Assembly: GCA_963737155.1 (NCBI GenBank)
Contig: CAVTRN010000002.1
Location: 2,336,001 to 2,400,000 of the forward strand
Reading direction: 5' to 3'
Length of the DNA stretch: 64,000 nucleotides
DNA from: Nitrospirota bacterium
GTDB lineage: Bacteria; Nitrospirota; UBA9217
Position 1 is the stretch's first letter. Every line of letters starts with the position of its first letter. Positions 29,964 through 39,613 of this stretch are shown in pieces. A program made the translations under genes and the position numbers. Below the pieces are notes generated by a model, which was not told the DNA's origin, did not search any database, and saw only the letters and a list, made by a program, of their open reading frames with translations.

Positions 29964-32585
29964 TTATCCGGCAATGCTCTTCTTTTTCACAAAATCCATT
30001 TCTTCTTCATGACTTCTGACCTGCCCGTCGAGCTTCGCATCGAGAAGCTCCACAAATATTTTACGGTAACTCGGCCCGGGAGGGATCCCCATTTGTTTGA
30101 GATCATTGCCGGTAAGGGTGACTTTGATGTTGCGGAGATGGGTAAGGTAGAGAGAAATGTATTTCTTGGCCAGCTCTTGTTTCGATTTTGCCATCATTAG
30201 GAGAAGGGCCTCAATGTCGAGAGGCGACAGCAAATCATGTATGCGACTTCGGGAAATCTGCGGCTCCCTGTAAAACAGAAACAGCACCTCCCGGGACCGG
30301 GTCCGCGCCATTTGCATGCGCTCCCGAAAGCGGATCGGGACGGCAAGACGCTCAAGTGCTTCTGCGGCCGTCGTATCCTTCACCCGGTCAAAAAGACCAA
30401 GAAAATAGATAAACCACTTTTCCACTGGAATGTCCAAGTAAAGAAGCCTGAACCAGGCTAATGTCTCACCGATATTCGTAAACACCCGTTCAAGTTCGGC
30501 AGATCCCTTCAGCCCTGGGTGAATAAATTTCAGCAAGTCCAGCTCCCGCATCCTCTTCAGGACTTTTAACGGATCGGATTCCGAAAACATCAAAACGAGC
30601 TCCGTAAAGATCCGTTCACCTGACAGCCTATCAAAGAGCTTCATGTTTACGGCGGTCTTTATGAGGTTCTGAGTATGCTTGCTCAAATGGAAGTTAAATC
30701 GCTGCTCAAAACGTACGGCTCGGAGCACGCGGGTGGGGTCCTCGACAAAGGAAAGGCTATGCAGGACGCGGATAGTTTTGTCTTTGATATCGCGGAGACC
30801 GCCAAAAAAGTCGATGAGCTCACCGTATCGTTTCCGGTTCAGGCGCACCGCGAGCGTATTGATCGTAAAATCTCGTCTGTATAGATCTTTCTTTATTGAT
30901 GACAGTTCCACCGTGGGTAGCGCGGCCGGCGATTCGTAGTACTCCAGGCGGGCTGTGGCAATGTCGAGTTTGAGCCCACTGGGGAGTATGATAACGGCCG
31001 TGCCGAACTTCTGATGCGTCTTCATGCGTCCGCTTATTCTCTTCACTAGCATTCCCGCGAACGTTATACCGTCCCCTTCGACAACGATATCGACGTCGAG
31101 ATTCGACACCCGCAAAAAGAGGTCGCGCACAATGCCGCCAACGAGATAGACCGGGAAACCGCTTTCGTCAGCCACTTCGCCTACGACTACCAAGGTGTCG
31201 CGGACCTCTGGTGTTAACCATTCTTCCATTAGTCCCCTGACGCTGCGAAGGGAGCCGGGCGACAGCTCTTCCGAATCGGGAATCTCCTGCAGCCGTTCTT
31301 CATGAAGCGAGCGTAGAAGGTCGGTCCGGGTGATAGCACCAACAAGCATGCCGTCATGTCCGATCACCGGGATAAAACGTTGGTGTTCTTCGATCATTAT
31401 TCGCTCCACCTGGCTCATGGGCATGTCCGGTAAGGCAACAGGGCCGCCGATGGTCATGAATTCATCGACTATCCGCTTGCCGAGACCGTGGAAGAGAGCC
31501 TTTTGCACAATCTCACGGGTGATGAGCCCCTGATAGGAGTCTCCCTCCATGACCGGAAGTACATTGACGCTGAAGCGCGTCATAGCCTCGCCCGCGTCTT
31601 CAATAAATCTGCCGGATGAGACGGTCTTTACCGGTGATGTCATAATTTCATGAACCAGCGGCCCCGGCTTGATGTGCTTTTTCAACAAATCGATCAGCCG
31701 TTCCCGGCTTTGAAGATAGGTCATATCCTTGATCGCGGCCGATGCCGCGGTTGCATGTCCGCCGCCGCCTAACTGCTGAAGTACCTGGCCGACATTGACT
31801 GCCGGTATCCTGCAGCGTCCTATAACGTGTGTTTTATCTCCCATCTGCACGACAAGGAACAGCACGTCTAGGCTCTCCATCTCCCTGATCTTGTGAGCCA
31901 GATTTGCCAGGTCGGGAATAAAATGAGAAACAGCCATGGAAGAAATAACCACGGCGACCCCGTTGATGTCGAATTTTTTTGCGTTCTCAATAAGGTTGTT
32001 AAGAATTGATATCTGCTCCGTCGTCAACTCGCGAGACATGAAATCGGAGACAATGTTCAACTGTGCTCCCTGCGCTATGAGGTAAGCCACCGCCTGGGCA
32101 TCCCGCTCTGTCGTTGAAACGAAAGTCAGCGAACCCGTTTCTTCATATATGCCGAGAGCCAGAACCGTTGCCTCGAGCGGGCTGATCTTAATTTCCTTTT
32201 CACGAAGCAGCTCAACCATAATGGTCGTTGTCGCGCCTACCTCTGCAATTACCTCTTTCTCGCCATGTATGTCGCTGTCCTGAGAGGGATGATGATCGTA
32301 AATATGGACGGAAATGCCAGGTCTCGTCAGCGCTTCCGCTAGTTTACCGATCCGCGTTGAATTCCGGTTGTCGACAATGATGAGCTTGGTGATGCTCTCC
32401 ACATCGATCTTTTTCAACCGCTCGGCCTCCAAAGTGTAAAACATGGATTCGAGAAAAAAATCTCGCATGCTTTTTTCCAGCGAGCCGGGGAATACCAGTT
32501 TCGCATCCGGATAGAGCTTCTTGGCCGCCACCATCGAGGCAAGTGCGTCGAAATCAGCATTCGTATGACTGGTAATAATTTCCAT
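29964..32585 (-). CDS. DHH-CBS-nucleotidyltransferase tRNA nucleotidyltransferase (A-adding type)
   Basis: H.NADFD, DHH and GGGH motifs, a CBS pair, then VGGIVRD, DVDIVV, DLYRRDFTIN and EDPTR. Confidence 0.9.
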   Translation of the reverse strand: MEIITSHTNADFDALASMVAAKKLYPDAKLVFPGSLEKSMRDFFLESMFYTLEAERLKKIDVESITKLIIVDNRNSTRIGKLAEALTRPGISVHIYDHHPSQDSDIHGEKEVIAEVGATTTIMVELLREKEIKISPLEATVLALGIYEETGSLTFVSTTERDAQAVAYLIAQGAQLNIVSDFMSRELTTEQISILNNLIENAKKFDINGVAVVISSMAVSHFIPDLANLAHKIREMESLDVLFLVVQMGDKTHVIGRCRIPAVNVGQVLQQLGGGGHATAASAAIKDMTYLQSRERLIDLLKKHIKPGPLVHEIMTSPVKTVSSGRFIEDAGEAMTRFSVNVLPVMEGDSYQGLITREIVQKALFHGLGKRIVDEFMTIGGPVALPDMPMSQVERIMIEEHQRFIPVIGHDGMLVGAITRTDLLRSLHEERLQEIPDSEELSPGSLRSVRGLMEEWLTPEVRDTLVVVGEVADESGFPVYLVGGIVRDLFLRVSNLDVDIVVEGDGITFAGMLVKRISGRMKTHQKFGTAVIILPSGLKLDIATARLEYYESPAALPTVELSSIKKDLYRRDFTINTLAVRLNRKRYGELIDFFGGLRDIKDKTIRVLHSLSFVEDPTRVLRAVRFEQRFNFHLSKHTQNLIKTAVNMKLFDRLSGERIFTELVLMFSESDPLKVLKRMRELDLLKFIHPGLKGSAELERVFTNIGETLAWFRLLYLDIPVEKWFIYFLGLFDRVKDTTAAEALERLAVPIRFRERMQMARTRSREVLFLFYREPQISRSRIHDLLSPLDIEALLLMMAKSKQELAKKYISLYLTHLRNIKVTLTGNDLKQMGIPPGPSYRKIFVELLDAKLDGQVRSHEEEMDFVKKKSIAG

Positions 32586-32705
32586 AGCGTTTCCACTCAG
32601 AAAAAGTTTGACGAACCTTAAAAGGAAAGTTACCGGCGAGTTCCAAAATATCTCTGTGGATTCAATTCATCAGCTCCACAGCCTAAATGAGTTATATAGA
32701 TATCC

Positions 32706-33587
32706 TCACCCTCTCGGGTGATACTTCTCGTGAATTTTTTTTAACCTCTCCCTAGACACGTGCGTGTAAATCTGGGTCGTGGAAATGTCCGAGTGACCGA
32801 GCATGGCTTGAACCGCGCGAAGATCGGCTCCGTTGTCAAGAAGATGGGTTGCGAAAGAGTGGCGCAGCGTGTGAGGCGAAACTGTTCTGGCGATTCCCGC
32901 CTTGAATGCATAATATTTTATCCGTTCCCAGAACATCTGTCGAGTGATGGCCCTGTGCCTAGAACTGATGAACAGATAATCCGACTCTACATCACCAAGC
33001 AGGGAACGCCGTGTGTCAGCGAGATACTCCTTCAGTGCTGCGACGGCCGATTCCCCAAGCGGGACAACACGCTCTTTTGATCCTTTGCCCATGACAATAA
33101 GAAATCCCCGTTCCAGATTGATATCCTGATGTTTCAGACCCACCAGTTCGCTGACGCGCAGACCCGTGGCATATAAAAGCTCGAGCATTGCCTTGTCCCT
33201 CATCCCGATCGCAGTTTTCCGATCAGGCTGGTTGAGAAGTGAATCCACGTCAACAGTCGAGAGTGCTTTCGGTAGACGTTTCCATCCCCGGGGTGTCTCC
33301 ACATTTATCGTAGGGTCAATTGTCGCGAGGCCATCTGTCAAAAGAAACTTATGGAATCCTCTAATCGCGGCCAGGTACCGTGCACGAGAGGGCGGTGCCA
33401 TGCCGGACTCCGCCATTAAAGAGAGGAAGGCCACAATTTCGGATTGAGTAATATCATCAGACCCTTTGGCCTCCATGTTGTCCAGGTACTTGCGCAAGTC
33501 CCGTTCGTAGGCGTCGATGGTATTCCGCGCAAGCCCCTTTTCCACAGCAAGATAATTGAGAAATTTCCGCAGCAGTCCGTCGTCCAT
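32706..33587 (-). CDS. xerD: Site-specific tyrosine recombinase XerD (likely start 33587)
   Basis: YATGLRVSEL, GKGSKER, SPHTLRHSFATHLL and LGHSDISTTQIYTHV. Confidence 0.93.
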   Translation of the reverse strand: MDDGLLRKFLNYLAVEKGLARNTIDAYERDLRKYLDNMEAKGSDDITQSEIVAFLSLMAESGMAPPSRARYLAAIRGFHKFLLTDGLATIDPTINVETPRGWKRLPKALSTVDVDSLLNQPDRKTAIGMRDKAMLELLYATGLRVSELVGLKHQDINLERGFLIVMGKGSKERVVPLGESAVAALKEYLADTRRSLLGDVESDYLFISSRHRAITRQMFWERIKYYAFKAGIARTVSPHTLRHSFATHLLDNGADLRAVQAMLGHSDISTTQIYTHVSRERLKKIHEKYHPRG

Positions 33588-33888
33588 AGGTTCGTGAGCG
33601 TGTACTCGTCTCTCATTCGATTGTAAGTTATTATTAACGAAAAAGCAAGGAAACTGAGGGGAAAAGAGCATAAAAGAAGGTTCTTACAGGTTCTGAATCA
33701 GGCAGAATAAATATAAACTTACCACGGAATACGAAAAACGCGGGAACAAGTTCCGGTCTGGTTTTACTCCTCTTAAATAAATCTGGAATCCTTCGCGACT
33801 CATCAGTTCACAAATTTTTCTTGTCTAAGAAACAGGTTCCTGAAGATAGAGACTGCAGACAACTGCCCTGACCGAGCCTCATCCAACA

Positions 33889-35274
33889 TTACTTGACCCC
33901 GAACCTCTTCATTCTTCTCCTGAAAGCATCTCGCGGCATCCGCAACAGCTGGGCGGCCTTTGTCTGATTTCCGCTCGCCATATCCAACGCTTTTCTTACC
34001 AAGGCATTTTCCACATCCTCCATAGACAACCCCTCTTCGGGAATAACAAATCCCTCGAGCGAAAGCGGCACTCTGGGCTGTGCCGGATCGTTGTGCCCGC
34101 TGTCGATGATCTCTGGGGGTAGATGTTCAGGCATAATTTCGTTTTCCATTTCCAGAATCATTGCCCGCTCGATAACGTTCCTCAGTTCACGGACGTTGCC
34201 CGGCCACGAATAGCCGATCATAATCTGCTCTGCATCCTTCGAAATCCCGAGCACATTTTTGTGGCATTCCCTGTTGAAATGATCAATAAAGAATTGCGCA
34301 AGTAGGAGGATGTCATGGCCCCGCTCGCGGAGGGGCGGCAAGTTTATGGGCACAACCTGGAGACGGTAGAACAGATCCTTTCTAACCCCCCCCTCATTCA
34401 TAAGCTTTGCGAGTTCCTGGTTTGTGGCCGAAACGACACGCACGTCCACTTTGATATCCTTCACTCCCCCAATCCTCTTGAAGGTTTTTTCCTCAAGCAG
34501 GCGCAACAACTTTGCCTGCATGCTCGCGTGCATATCTCCTATCTCGTCAAGGAAAACGGTACCACCGTTGGCAAGTTCGAATAATCCTTTTTTAAATGAT
34601 TTCGCATCGGTAAAAGCCCCTTTTTCATATCCCATGAGCTCGCTCTCGAGTAGCGTTACCGGCAGGGCAGCGCAGTTGATCGCCATAAACGGCTCATCGG
34701 CACGGGCGCTGCTGTAGTGCAGGGCCTGGGCCACCAGTTCCTTGCCAGTTCCACTCTCGCCCTGAATCAGGACCGTTGTGGTATCGCTCTTCGCGATCTG
34801 GAGGATGAGGTTCTTGATTTTCACTATTTCTTCGCAATCGCCGATGATCGAATCGACCCTGCTCCGGCATTCCTGGCGAAGCTGTTTAACCTGGCTCCGA
34901 AGTGACCTCGCTTCCAGCGCCTTCTTAATCACGAAGCTGATCTCCTCAAGAATAAAAGGTTTGCTGATATAGTCGTAGGCGCCTAGTTTCATGGCTTTAA
35001 CAGCGGTTTCAACCATGCCATAGGCCGTTATCATAATGACCATCAGGCCCCGTTCGTGGACATTGATCTTCTCGAGAAGTTCCAGGCCGGTCATCTCCTT
35101 CAGGCGGTTGTCCAGCAGGATGATGTCAGGCTGATCCTCGGAAATCAGTTCGAACCCTTTTTCTGCTGATTCAGCGCTTGACACCTCGTAGCCTTCCTTG
35201 ACCAGATGCTGTTCAAGCGTCCAGCGGATCAGTTTTTCATCATCAACGACAAGAATTTTGTATGCCATGAACAA
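33889..35274 (-). CDS. Sigma-54-dependent response regulator (REC-AAA+-Fis HTH)
   Basis: Receiver domain, GESGTGKE, GAFTDA, FLDEIG, WPGNVREL and a C-terminal HTH. Confidence 0.95.
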   Translation of the reverse strand: MFMAYKILVVDDEKLIRWTLEQHLVKEGYEVSSAESAEKGFELISEDQPDIILLDNRLKEMTGLELLEKINVHERGLMVIMITAYGMVETAVKAMKLGAYDYISKPFILEEISFVIKKALEARSLRSQVKQLRQECRSRVDSIIGDCEEIVKIKNLILQIAKSDTTTVLIQGESGTGKELVAQALHYSSARADEPFMAINCAALPVTLLESELMGYEKGAFTDAKSFKKGLFELANGGTVFLDEIGDMHASMQAKLLRLLEEKTFKRIGGVKDIKVDVRVVSATNQELAKLMNEGGVRKDLFYRLQVVPINLPPLRERGHDILLLAQFFIDHFNRECHKNVLGISKDAEQIMIGYSWPGNVRELRNVIERAMILEMENEIMPEHLPPEIIDSGHNDPAQPRVPLSLEGFVIPEEGLSMEDVENALVRKALDMASGNQTKAAQLLRMPRDAFRRRMKRFGVK

Positions 35275-35451
35275 ATGCTCCTTTTAGTTGATGACAAATG
35301 AAACAGCGTTTGAAAAGAAGGGATATTTTGCCACTACTTCACAAAGGACTCCAAGCAAATCTTGGACTCGAATCCCTCTTTTACTTGTTCCAACCAGTCG
35401 CAATCTTCATGCTGCGTTGGTTTAGTAAATTGCAGTCTTGGTATGACCGTA

Positions 35452-36930
35452 TCAGGATTCACTGCTTTTGGGACACGGGAATACAATGGTAAAGCTCGCT
35501 CCTTTGCCGGGAGCACTCGTCACGGAAATCTCTCCGTCGTGCTGTTCGATAATCCGTTGTGTTATGGACAGCCCTAAACCTGTCCCCTGCGGACGAGTCG
35601 TAAAGAATGGGCTGAATATGCTGCGCAAGTGCTCGCTGGAAATTCCCTTTCCTGTATCACTGAACACAATCCCAACTGATCCGGATTTCTCACCGGCCGA
35701 TTTGTTCGATTTTGTTTCCACCATAAAAGTTCCTCCATCTGGCATTGCCTGTATGGCGTTCAAAGCAATATTAATGAGGGCCTGCTGGATCAAATCTGGA
35801 TCAAGCATCAGCCAGGGCAGTCCCGGCGCCAGCTTACGTTCAACGGAAATGGCGTTCTTCGCGAACTGCGGTGCGAGAAAATCGAGCAGTTTCCCAATGA
35901 GATTATTGATGTCCACGAGAGTCATTTTGGGATCAGGCGGCCTTGAAAAGGCGAGTAGATTTCTGACCGCCTTGTCCATGCGATCAACCTGGGAAAGCAC
36001 TTCACCGAGTACTGCTCTCTTCTGTTCGTCGATGGCCGGTTCCTTCCTGAGCACCTGAATCACGCCTGCGATGCCGGCTAACGGGTTCTTTATCTCGTGG
36101 GCTATTCCCGCAGCCATCTCGCCAATTGATGCAAGACGGTCGGCCCTTTTCATCTGCTCGTAATGATATCGCTCTACTCTGCGCCGGGCTCGCTCCAGTT
36201 TGGACAGGAGCGAGTTGAAGGCTTCACCCAGCCTCCCGATATCATCGGAACTCTTTACCACAACCCGTGCCTCGAGACCGCGCTCTGCGCGCTCCATAGT
36301 GGCAATCAGTTCCTGAATGGGTTTCGTGACGAGATGGGTCAGGAACAACGACAGCGACACCGCCAGAATCGCTGCAACACCCAAAGCCCAAAGAAACATG
36401 GTTTTGCTGAGTTCACGCACGTTCTCCTGTGTCTGCGTCATAGAGACATCAATGGCAAGTATGCCGTTTATTTTCGCTTTCGAGCCATGGCAGTGATAAC
36501 AGCGTTCCTCGTTATGAATCGGGATAAGAACCGAGAAAACGCCTTCATCCCGTCGTTTAATCGGTTTTTTGAACTGGTTTAAGAGAAACCACATTTCCGT
36601 AGCTGCATCGACTTTTCTGCCGATCGTCCAGATTTTCGACGACTTCAGAATTATCCCGTTCGAACTGAATATCTTCACTTCTTTGATGTTGTGATAATCT
36701 CCCACGGCGCTGAGGATATGCTCTACCTCATTGCTTTTTCCATCCATCATGGCGCCAGCGAGACTGCGTTCTATGGTATTCGAAATAATAAGTGCGTTAT
36801 CCGCAAGCGCTTCTTCCAAATGCGCCTGCTGATACCCGATGTTGATCCACGTTCCAAGACCTATCGTTACCGCAAGAATCGCGGAAACGGCTATGATAAT
36901 CTTGCTTTTGAGGCTGGAAATGATCCTCAA
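35452..36930 (-). CDS. Sensor histidine kinase with periplasmic c-type heme motif and HAMP domain
   Basis: Two TMs with CYHCH between them, HAMP, H-box AHEIKNPL, N and G boxes. Start overlaps the pyrD stop. Confidence 0.92.
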   Translation of the reverse strand: MRIISSLKSKIIIAVSAILAVTIGLGTWINIGYQQAHLEEALADNALIISNTIERSLAGAMMDGKSNEVEHILSAVGDYHNIKEVKIFSSNGIILKSSKIWTIGRKVDAATEMWFLLNQFKKPIKRRDEGVFSVLIPIHNEERCYHCHGSKAKINGILAIDVSMTQTQENVRELSKTMFLWALGVAAILAVSLSLFLTHLVTKPIQELIATMERAERGLEARVVVKSSDDIGRLGEAFNSLLSKLERARRRVERYHYEQMKRADRLASIGEMAAGIAHEIKNPLAGIAGVIQVLRKEPAIDEQKRAVLGEVLSQVDRMDKAVRNLLAFSRPPDPKMTLVDINNLIGKLLDFLAPQFAKNAISVERKLAPGLPWLMLDPDLIQQALINIALNAIQAMPDGGTFMVETKSNKSAGEKSGSVGIVFSDTGKGISSEHLRSIFSPFFTTRPQGTGLGLSITQRIIEQHDGEISVTSAPGKGASFTIVFPCPKSSES

Positions 36931-37862
36931 CCGGTTTCCACCTTCCCAATGAGGGAACTAACCCGTCCATGTCCCTGTTCCGCCATGAATTTCTCAATGT
37001 CGGACAGCACATCCAGGGTCGCACGGGGGTTCATGAAATTAGCAGTTCCGACCGCAACTGCCGATGCTCCGGCTAATATGAATTCCATTGCATCTTCTCC
37101 CGATATGATACCGCCCATGCCGATGATCGGAAGCGGGACCGCCTTTGCCGCCTGCCAAACCATGCGCACGGCAACTGGCCGGATTGCTGGTCCCGAAAGC
37201 CCCCCCGTGCAGTTGGCGATGCGCGGCCGCCGACACCGCACATCGATCGCCATGCCGAGGAGCGTGTTAATGAGCGACAAACCATCGCATCCCGCATCAT
37301 AGGCTGCCCTGGCGAATTCTGTAATATCGGCAACGTTCGGCGAGAGCTTCGCGATAACCGGAAGCTTCACAGCTTTTCGCACGGCCGACAAGAGTTCGAA
37401 CGCCGCCTGGACGTTCGTGCCGAACACCATGCCTCCCGCCTTGACATTGGGGCAGGAGATGTTGACTTCCAGGCCGTCTACACCAGGGACACCGTCCAGC
37501 CTCTTCGCGACGCCGACGTAATCCTCAAGACTGTATCCGAATATGTTCACGATTACCGCAGTGTCGAATTTTCTAAGATAGGGCAGCTTGTCGCGCAGAA
37601 AAACATCGATACCGGGATTTTCGAGGCCGATTGCGTTTAACATACCTGATGGCGTTTCCCAAATACGGGGTGGTGGATTCCCCTTGATCGGGTTCATCGA
37701 TATACCCTTAACGATGATACCGCCTAGTTTGTTAAGATCCACGAACGCCGCATATTCCTCGCCGTACCCGAAGGTGCCCGACGCAGTGAGCACGGGGTTC
37801 TTGAGCCTAATTCCGGCGAAATTTATGGAGAGATCCGGCTTTATATTTAATTTAGCTGCCAT
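36927..37862 (-). CDS. pyrD: Dihydroorotate dehydrogenase class 1B catalytic subunit (likely start 37862)
   Basis: ASGTFGYG, NAIGLENPG, NISCPNV, KLSPN, GGLSGPAI and IGMGGI. Confidence 0.95.
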   Translation of the reverse strand: MAAKLNIKPDLSINFAGIRLKNPVLTASGTFGYGEEYAAFVDLNKLGGIIVKGISMNPIKGNPPPRIWETPSGMLNAIGLENPGIDVFLRDKLPYLRKFDTAVIVNIFGYSLEDYVGVAKRLDGVPGVDGLEVNISCPNVKAGGMVFGTNVQAAFELLSAVRKAVKLPVIAKLSPNVADITEFARAAYDAGCDGLSLINTLLGMAIDVRCRRPRIANCTGGLSGPAIRPVAVRMVWQAAKAVPLPIIGMGGIISGEDAMEFILAGASAVAVGTANFMNPRATLDVLSDIEKFMAEQGHGRVSSLIGKVETG

Positions 37863-38213
37863 ACTTACCCGGCCATACGCGGCCCCCCCGGTTTTAACCA
37901 TGGGGTTGAATTCGGGATCTTAACAACTGATACTGGACAAATAATATTTCTATTGTATTCGGCCTCAAGAACAAGCATGACGTCCAGTCCTATGCATTCA
38001 GCCATCATGTCAAATCTGTCGAATCATCAAGAAAATCCGCAGCAAAGACTGACGGTCCGTCCGCATTGTGCTGAAAGGACGACCCAAAATAAAGTAAATG
38101 CACAAAATAGGCACCGAATCTGCTGATATGCAATCGGTCCTTCTACTGCCGTCGCTGTGCCGAATTCTGATGCTCTGCTAATCCCTTTTTCCCCTGAGAT
38201 TAAGTGCTCTGCT

Positions 38214-38261
38214 CGTTGCCAGGGAGATTGCTGGTATTGCCGTTAGAACCACCTGTCTTTA
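38214..38261. repeat. ~48-bp dispersed repeat, copy 1
   Basis: CGTTGCCAGGGAGATTGCTGGTATTGCCGTTAGAACCACCTGTCTTTA, matching 46784-46830. Confidence 0.8.
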
Positions 38262-38269
38262 GGATAATC

Positions 38270-39570
38270 CGCGCGGGAAACCCCACATTCTTTAGCGGTG
38301 GGATGAAAGCGAGCTGTGTTAAAAGTGCTAATTTTTGCCAAAACAACATATCTGTGACCTATTTTTCAGAAGTGAGAAAAACGTTCAAATTTAAGCTTTA
38401 CCAGTCGCGCAAGAATCGATACCTGCATCGGCAGATTGATCTGGCAGCGAGCATATACAACCACTGCATCGCATTGCACAAACGGTACTACCGCATGTTT
38501 GGCAGGCACCTGAACGTATTTGCCCTGAAAAAACACATCACTAAGATCAAGCACTTCGATAAATACATCCACTGGAACGCTCTCGGGTCTCAAACGATTC
38601 AAGACGTTGTTATCAGAATCGACAAGGCGTACCAGAACTTCTTTCGATCCCTCAAAACGAAGCGTCGGGGTAAAGTTTCCACTCCCGGCTTTAAAAAGCG
38701 TCGACGGTATAAGTCGTTTACGTTGACCCAGGCCGGATATAAGGTGCTCGAAGGCAACCGCATCCGAATTGGGGAAAAGATATTCAACTACCACAAGCCC
38801 AGAGAGATCGAAGGCATCATAAAGACGCTCACAATCAAACGCGACGCACTGGGGGAGATATATCTGTTCTTTTCGTGTGACAGGATACCAGAGACAGCAG
38901 TACAAAATCGAGTCATGACGGGTAAAAGCGCAGGCTGCGATTTTGGGCTGAAACGGTATCTTACACTCAGCAATGGCAATTCAGTCGAGTCTCCCCATTT
39001 TTTCAAGGGTGGCATCAAGAAGGTCAAACAAGCTAACAAAGCATTATCCCGCAAAAAGAAAGGCTCAGAAAACAGGAGCCGGGCACGAAAGGATTATGTC
39101 CGCGCACACCGTAAGATCGCCAACCAGCGACTGGATTTCAGCTTCAAGCTGGCCCGCGAGATGGCGATAAAGCATGACTACCTGTTTTTCGAGGACCTCA
39201 ATATTGCGGCCATGAAACAGCTTTGGGGCCGGAAAGTATCCGACCTTGGTTTTGCCGACCACCTGATAATTCAGGAACACATGTGCCGGAAGCTCGGATC
39301 GACGTTTGTAAAAATAGCCCGATACTACCCGTCTTCCAAACAGTGCCACAAATGCGGCTGCATCAACAAAAATCTGGAGCTTCGAGACCGCACTTGGATC
39401 TGTCCGACATGCGGCGTAAAGCACAATCGCGACGGCAACGCGTCAAAAGTGATTCACATGGTTGGGGCGTCCGACCATTGGGAGAGGAGCAATAAGACTG
39501 CTTGTGTCGTCAGCAGCAGCTCCGCCAGCATCCCAGAATCCCACATGCTTTAGCGGTGGGAGTACGTCAA
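38270..39570 (+). mobile_element. IS200/IS605-family element, tnpB-only (IS1341-like); left boundary approximate
   Basis: Near-identical subterminal hairpins CCCACAT(T/G)CTTTAGCGGTGGGA at ~38282 and ~39540. Right end GTACGTCAA ends at 39570. No tnpA. Confidence 0.88.
38372..39553 (+). CDS. tnpB: RNA-guided endonuclease TnpB (likely GTG start 38372, 393 aa)
   Basis: N-terminal KTFKFKLY, RuvC-I GCDFGLK, RuvC-II FEDLNI, Zn finger CHKC..CPTC and RuvC-III NRDGNA. Confidence 0.92.
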   Translation: MRKTFKFKLYQSRKNRYLHRQIDLAASIYNHCIALHKRYYRMFGRHLNVFALKKHITKIKHFDKYIHWNALGSQTIQDVVIRIDKAYQNFFRSLKTKRRGKVSTPGFKKRRRYKSFTLTQAGYKVLEGNRIRIGEKIFNYHKPREIEGIIKTLTIKRDALGEIYLFFSCDRIPETAVQNRVMTGKSAGCDFGLKRYLTLSNGNSVESPHFFKGGIKKVKQANKALSRKKKGSENRSRARKDYVRAHRKIANQRLDFSFKLAREMAIKHDYLFFEDLNIAAMKQLWGRKVSDLGFADHLIIQEHMCRKLGSTFVKIARYYPSSKQCHKCGCINKNLELRDRTWICPTCGVKHNRDGNASKVIHMVGASDHWERSNKTACVVSSSSASIPESHML

Positions 39571-39590
39571 GCATTGGGAGTGGTTTGACA
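39400..39590 (+). ncRNA. Predicted TnpB omega/reRNA; 5' boundary uncertain
   Basis: Inferred from known TnpB biology: the scaffold overlaps the tnpB 3' end and right end, and the guide is the flank 39571-39590 (GCATTGGGAGTGGTTTGACA). Confidence 0.55.
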
Positions 39591-39613
39591 GTCATTCCCC
39601 TTCTTGCTCCTAT

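Noticed and set aside
32706-33587. Tyrosine recombinase as a mobile-element integrase
   Set aside because: Sequence and context match housekeeping XerD.
38204-38371. N-terminal 56 aa of the 449-aa tnpB ORF
   Set aside because: It crosses the element's left end; the TnpB motif starts at GTG 38372.
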